In this document: positions 35,325-38,132 of the stretch, one piece after another
Layout of the letters: the number at the start of each line of letters is the position of its first letter
Numbering within the stretch: position 1 is the first letter of the stretch
IMG/VR virus record: IMGVR_UViG_3300014208_000082
Location: 1 to 38,132 of that record
DNA: 38,132 nucleotides
Reading direction: 5' to 3' (one strand)
DNA from: a virus
Lineage: Duplodnaviria; Caudoviricetes
The notes under the pieces: generated by a model
Database searches by the model: none
The model's input: the letters and a program-made list of their open reading frames with translations, nothing else
Told to the model about the DNA's origin: nothing
Translations under genes and position numbers: made by a program

Positions 35325-35771
35325 ATGAAAGAGGAATTGAATATTTTTCATTGTAAATATTGTAGTAAATTACTACCGGGTACTGTCAATCCACTCGATA
35401 CGATATGTGGTGATTGTCATAATGTAAGGGCGTTTGATTTGAAGGTATATTGCAAAGATATTATTACAGATTTGCAGATCAGATTTGACATGTTTGGTAC
35501 CAAAAAGCGTGGTCTTTTCAAAAGAGAAAAGAGAATCGAAAGACAATTTATTGAAATTTCTAATGGTGATACATTTTCAATATACAACCCTAGTGATCCT
35601 TATAGTGAAGAAAATAATTCAGCACTACCAATCATCGTACTTGATTTTTCACAGTTTCACTATCAGCATAATTCTAATGGGAAAATGAAAATGAAAGTCT
35701 ATAGTGAACAATATAATAATTTAGTAAGAAAGGAACAAACTAATGAAAAACGAAAGAGAAAAAATAGCTGA
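35325..35771 (+). CDS. hypothetical protein with N-terminal Zn finger
   Basis: CKYC...CGDC; AAGGA ribosome site. Confidence 0.65.
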   Translation: MKEELNIFHCKYCSKLLPGTVNPLDTICGDCHNVRAFDLKVYCKDIITDLQIRFDMFGTKKRGLFKREKRIERQFIEISNGDTFSIYNPSDPYSEENNSALPIIVLDFSQFHYQHNSNGKMKMKVYSEQYNNLVRKEQTNEKRKRKNS

Positions 35772-35889
35772 CGACCTGGCAGTTGGTAATGCAATTGCTG
35801 TTCTGATTGTCGGTTTACTGATTGGAATATCAGTTTTAATTGTCGCGGTACTTGTTTTGCAACAAATAGGAGGGATTATCAATGGATAG
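35743..35889 (+). CDS. 48 aa single-TM protein
   Basis: MKNEREKIADDLAVGNAIAVLIVGLLIGISVLIVAVLVLQQ...; AAGGA ribosome site. Confidence 0.55.
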   Translation: MKNEREKIADDLAVGNAIAVLIVGLLIGISVLIVAVLVLQQIGGIING

Positions 35890-36085
35890 CGGATCAGCAG
35901 CAATGTCGGTTATGGCCATGGGTATTTCTATTAGAGTCCTTAATCCGGATGCAATTATTTTACCCGGGAGCTGGACCCATAAAATAACATACTGGGGTAT
36001 TTTTATTATACTTACTCAGTCATTTGCTATCGCCGGAATGTTGACATTTTTTATTTTTCTATTGGTTTATAGGATATTTTTATGA
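35882..36085 (+). CDS. small membrane protein
   Basis: Hydrophobic 67 aa; AGGAGG ribosome site. Confidence 0.6.
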   Translation: MDSGSAAMSVMAMGISIRVLNPDAIILPGSWTHKITYWGIFIILTQSFAIAGMLTFFIFLLVYRIFL

Positions 36086-36993
36086 AGCATCTTGATTTAT
36101 TCTCTGGCATAGGTGGATTTGCACTGGCGGTCGATACTGTTTGGCCAGGGAGCGAACATATCTTTTGCGACAACGACAAATTTTGTCAGCAAGTATTAAA
36201 AAAGCATTGGCCTAATTCAAAAATCTATGACGACATCAGGACTATTACCGACTCCGGAAGCAAAAAACAGCGAGGGGTATCAAACGGCGCACGGAAAGCA
36301 ATACCCACGTTTGGGGAAATATTTATCCTCACAGGCGGTTTCCCCTGTCAGCCTTTTTCCCAAGCCGGACGAAGAAAGGGAACGGATGATAACCGCTACC
36401 TCTGGCCGGAAATGTTACGAGTTATACAGCTTACGCAACCAGAGTGGATCATTGCTGAAAATGTTCGTGGATTACTTACTATCGAGGGGGGGGTGGTATT
36501 CGAGCAAGTGTGCGTTGATATGGAAAGCGAAGGTTACGAAGTCCAACCGTTTATTATTCCAGCTGTCGCCGTTAATGCACCGCACCGAAGAGATAGGGTC
36601 TGGTTTGTTGCCAACCGCAACTCAGGGGGGATTCGACGACACGAACGAACGGGCACTACGGAAGGGACAATTGCACGCGGTGGTGAATATGTTGACCACG
36701 CCCAGCGTCAGGGACTGGAAGGACACCCCAAACCAGATAAAGGACAGAGTGGACGGCAAAACGAGATTAGACCAGATGCCAAGACAGGTTGGGAGCGCAA
36801 CTGGCTTGAAGTTGCAACCGAACTTTGTGGAGTGGATGATGGGTTATCCGCAAGGGTGGACGGATTTGAACTTACCAAGTCAGCACATCGCCGGGAAAGA
36901 CTAAAATCGTTAGGCAACACAATCGTTCCGCAGGTGGCTATTGAGATATTAAAGGCAATAAAAAACGATGTTGAAAGCAATATAAAATTATGA
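36082..36993 (+). CDS. dcm: C5 cytosine DNA methyltransferase, alpha polypeptide
   Basis: DLFSGIGG (I), GGFPCQPFS (IV), ENV (VI), HRRDRVW (VIII), LGNTIVP (X); no motif IX in this frame. Confidence 0.92.
   Translation: MKHLDLFSGIGGFALAVDTVWPGSEHIFCDNDKFCQQVLKKHWPNSKIYDDIRTITDSGSKKQRGVSNGARKAIPTFGEIFILTGGFPCQPFSQAGRRKGTDDNRYLWPEMLRVIQLTQPEWIIAENVRGLLTIEGGVVFEQVCVDMESEGYEVQPFIIPAVAVNAPHRRDRVWFVANRNSGGIRRHERTGTTEGTIARGGEYVDHAQRQGLEGHPKPDKGQSGRQNEIRPDAKTGWERNWLEVATELCGVDDGLSARVDGFELTKSAHRRERLKSLGNTIVPQVAIEILKAIKNDVESNIKL
36227..36904 (+). CDS. alternative-frame beta polypeptide of the methyltransferase (start uncertain)
   Basis: 225-codon nested ORF with LLPTP/LLPTA/LTTP repeats ending LQPNFVEWMMGYPQGWTD (motif IX-like). 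Confidence 0.7.
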   Translation: MTTSGLLPTPEAKNSEGYQTAHGKQYPRLGKYLSSQAVSPVSLFPKPDEERERMITATSGRKCYELYSLRNQSGSLLKMFVDYLLSRGGWYSSKCALIWKAKVTKSNRLLFQLSPLMHRTEEIGSGLLPTATQGGFDDTNERALRKGQLHAVVNMLTTPSVRDWKDTPNQIKDRVDGKTRLDQMPRQVGSATGLKLQPNFVEWMMGYPQGWTDLNLPSQHIAGKD

Positions 36994-37397
36994 TGGACAA
37001 AAACACATCACCAATGTCGCTGGAACAAATGCTAAAAGAAATGGCTTTTTTAGCAGAATGGTTTGCTGTAAATAGACCCAATGAGGCGACCAATATTAAA
37101 ACCCCTCTCGTTGACATACACATTATCCCAAACAAAATGTCTCGCTGTGTTTTTGTGGTAACGGATAATAAAACCGGCGATCAAAATATTTGCGGAAAGC
37201 ATGCTCGTTATATGGTCCAGCTGGAAAACAATGAACATACACTAACCTGCAAAGAACACATGCTAAATGCTATCAATAACCTGAAAATATCTCAAATATT
37301 TGATATTCAAACTCAAAAAGTAGTTTTTAACAAAGAGAAGGAGGACAAAAACAATGATCCAACACCATCCAACATCTCACCAGACGCCCAAAATTAA
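36990..37397 (+). CDS. hypothetical protein
   Basis: 135 aa, ATGA-coupled; C...ICG...CKEH possible Zn site. Confidence 0.6.
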   Translation: MMDKNTSPMSLEQMLKEMAFLAEWFAVNRPNEATNIKTPLVDIHIIPNKMSRCVFVVTDNKTGDQNICGKHARYMVQLENNEHTLTCKEHMLNAINNLKISQIFDIQTQKVVFNKEKEDKNNDPTPSNISPDAQN

Positions 37398-37572
37398 GCT
37401 ACAACCGACGTTTACTTTCCCAATGACAGTTTATACCCCCAAGAGGGGTTATCACGCTACAGCAATTGATTTGGCGCTGTACGAGACAATCTACAAACAA
37501 AGATATAGTCGCAAACCAGTGCATGGATATTTTATTGGAAGAGTAATTAACCGGATACGAAACTGGCTGTAA
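37354..37572 (+). CDS. hypothetical protein
   Basis: AAGGAGG ribosome site before the ATG; 72 aa. Confidence 0.5.
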   Translation: MIQHHPTSHQTPKIKLQPTFTFPMTVYTPKRGYHATAIDLALYETIYKQRYSRKPVHGYFIGRVINRIRNWL

Positions 37573-37764
37573 TGTTGATAAGTTGTGGGTAACTCTATGG
37601 ATTTCCTGTGGATAAATAATTTCAGCTGTCATCAGTAGAGATGACAAGTGACATCAGTAGAGATGACAAAGTGTCATCAGTAGAGATGTATACAAAAGAA
37701 AGAAAGAAAATATACAAAAGAAAAGGGGAGACAATAAAAAAATAATTAACTAATCTGTGGATAA
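37573..37764. other. putative replication origin (DnaA boxes + iterons + A-rich tract)
   Basis: TGTGGATAA at 37607 and 37756, variants at 37573 and 37584; three 20-bp repeats; TATACAAAAGAAA twice. Confidence 0.8.
37627..37691. repeat. three 20-bp iterons with internal dyad symmetry
   Basis: TGTCATCAGTAGAGATGACA at 37627, variants at 37649 and 37672 (22-23 bp period). Confidence 0.9.
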
Positions 37765-37770
37765 ACCACT

Positions 37771-37947
37771 ATGCGTAAAACGAAAAAGGCAAAAACAAGA
37801 AAACCAATGATCCGAATTACTGGAAAATTGGTTCAAAAACATTGCTGTCCAATACATAAAACGCCCGAAGAATGTAGAGATGAGGATGATAGGCTAGTTC
37901 GAAATGCGTTAATAAATGGATTTGAAGTAGTGTATGTTTTAGATTAA
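37771..37947 (+). CDS. small hypothetical protein (58 aa)
   Basis: Hand-translated MRKTKKAKTRKPMIRITG...HCCPIH...VYVLD. Confidence 0.45.
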   Translation: MRKTKKAKTRKPMIRITGKLVQKHCCPIHKTPEECRDEDDRLVRNALINGFEVVYVLD

Positions 37948-37967
37948 AGTGGTAAAATTAAAATATT

Positions 37968-38132
37968 ATGGCCAAAAAGAAGAGAAAAACAACAAAAACG
38001 ATTAAACAAATAAGGGTCGCAAAACTTGTGTCAGAAAATATCAGAAACAAGAATCCTAAGTCTCTTGGTAATATTATACTTGAAGCTGGGTACTCTGAAA
38101 CTGTGGCAAAATCACCACAAAGAGTTACTGAA
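37968..38132 (+). CDS. 5' part of the TerS-like / HTH protein, running off the window end
   Basis: MAKKKRK...KQIRVAKL...LEAGYSETVAKSPQRVTE; AGYS motif; TGG-TAAAAT extended -10 at 37950-37958. Confidence 0.65.
   Translation, partial: MAKKKRKTTKTIKQIRVAKLVSENIRNKNPKSLGNIILEAGYSETVAKSPQRVTE

Noticed and set aside
6168-35688. Nested + strand ORFs 6168-6368, 7330-7677, 16573-16806, 20324-20530, 33383-33592, 35485-35688
   Set aside because: Off-frame inside stronger genes, without motifs or convincing ribosome sites, unlike 36227-36904
19-37647. Minus-strand ORFs in the track (e.g. 21375-21863, 33466-33933, 29856-30224, 28257-28481)
   Set aside because: Nearly all are shadows of well-supported + strand genes or structured RNA and show no recognisable motifs
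37627-37691. Mini CRISPR array
   Set aside because: Repeats are separated by only 2-3 nt with no spacers, and no cas operon is present; DnaA boxes favour iterons
1-38132. Stop-codon reassignment
   Set aside because: Genes are full length and tightly coupled in the standard code, with TGA, TAG and TAA all used as stops

Overview
AT-rich, gene-dense bacteriophage sequence, probably a complete or nearly complete ~38 kb circular genome: an ORF runs off the right end and re-enters in frame at base 1. All credible genes lie on the + strand and use the standard code. The gene order is podovirus-like: HNH and Holliday-junction resolvase, terminase, portal, scaffold, major capsid, a four-enzyme glycosyl/methyltransferase block, adaptor, nozzle, short fibre, three ejection-type proteins, a cassette with two nucleotidyltransferase genes plus a DNRLRE-like protein, M23 lysis genes, then an early region (3D-domain protein, Sak4-like ATPase, exonuclease, peptide deformylase, lambda O-like initiator, a C5 methyltransferase apparently split across two overlapping frames) and an iteron/DnaA-box origin. 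I recognised no integrase, repressor, DNA polymerase, tRNA or CRISPR array. The most unusual elements are the nucleotidyltransferase cassette among virion genes, several structured RNA elements (pseudoknot/attenuator-like leaders and an rRNA-processing-like stem enclosing one ORF), and an origin detached from its initiator gene with an operator-like copy of the iteron upstream. All family assignments come from motif recognition by eye; no searches or folding programs were run.
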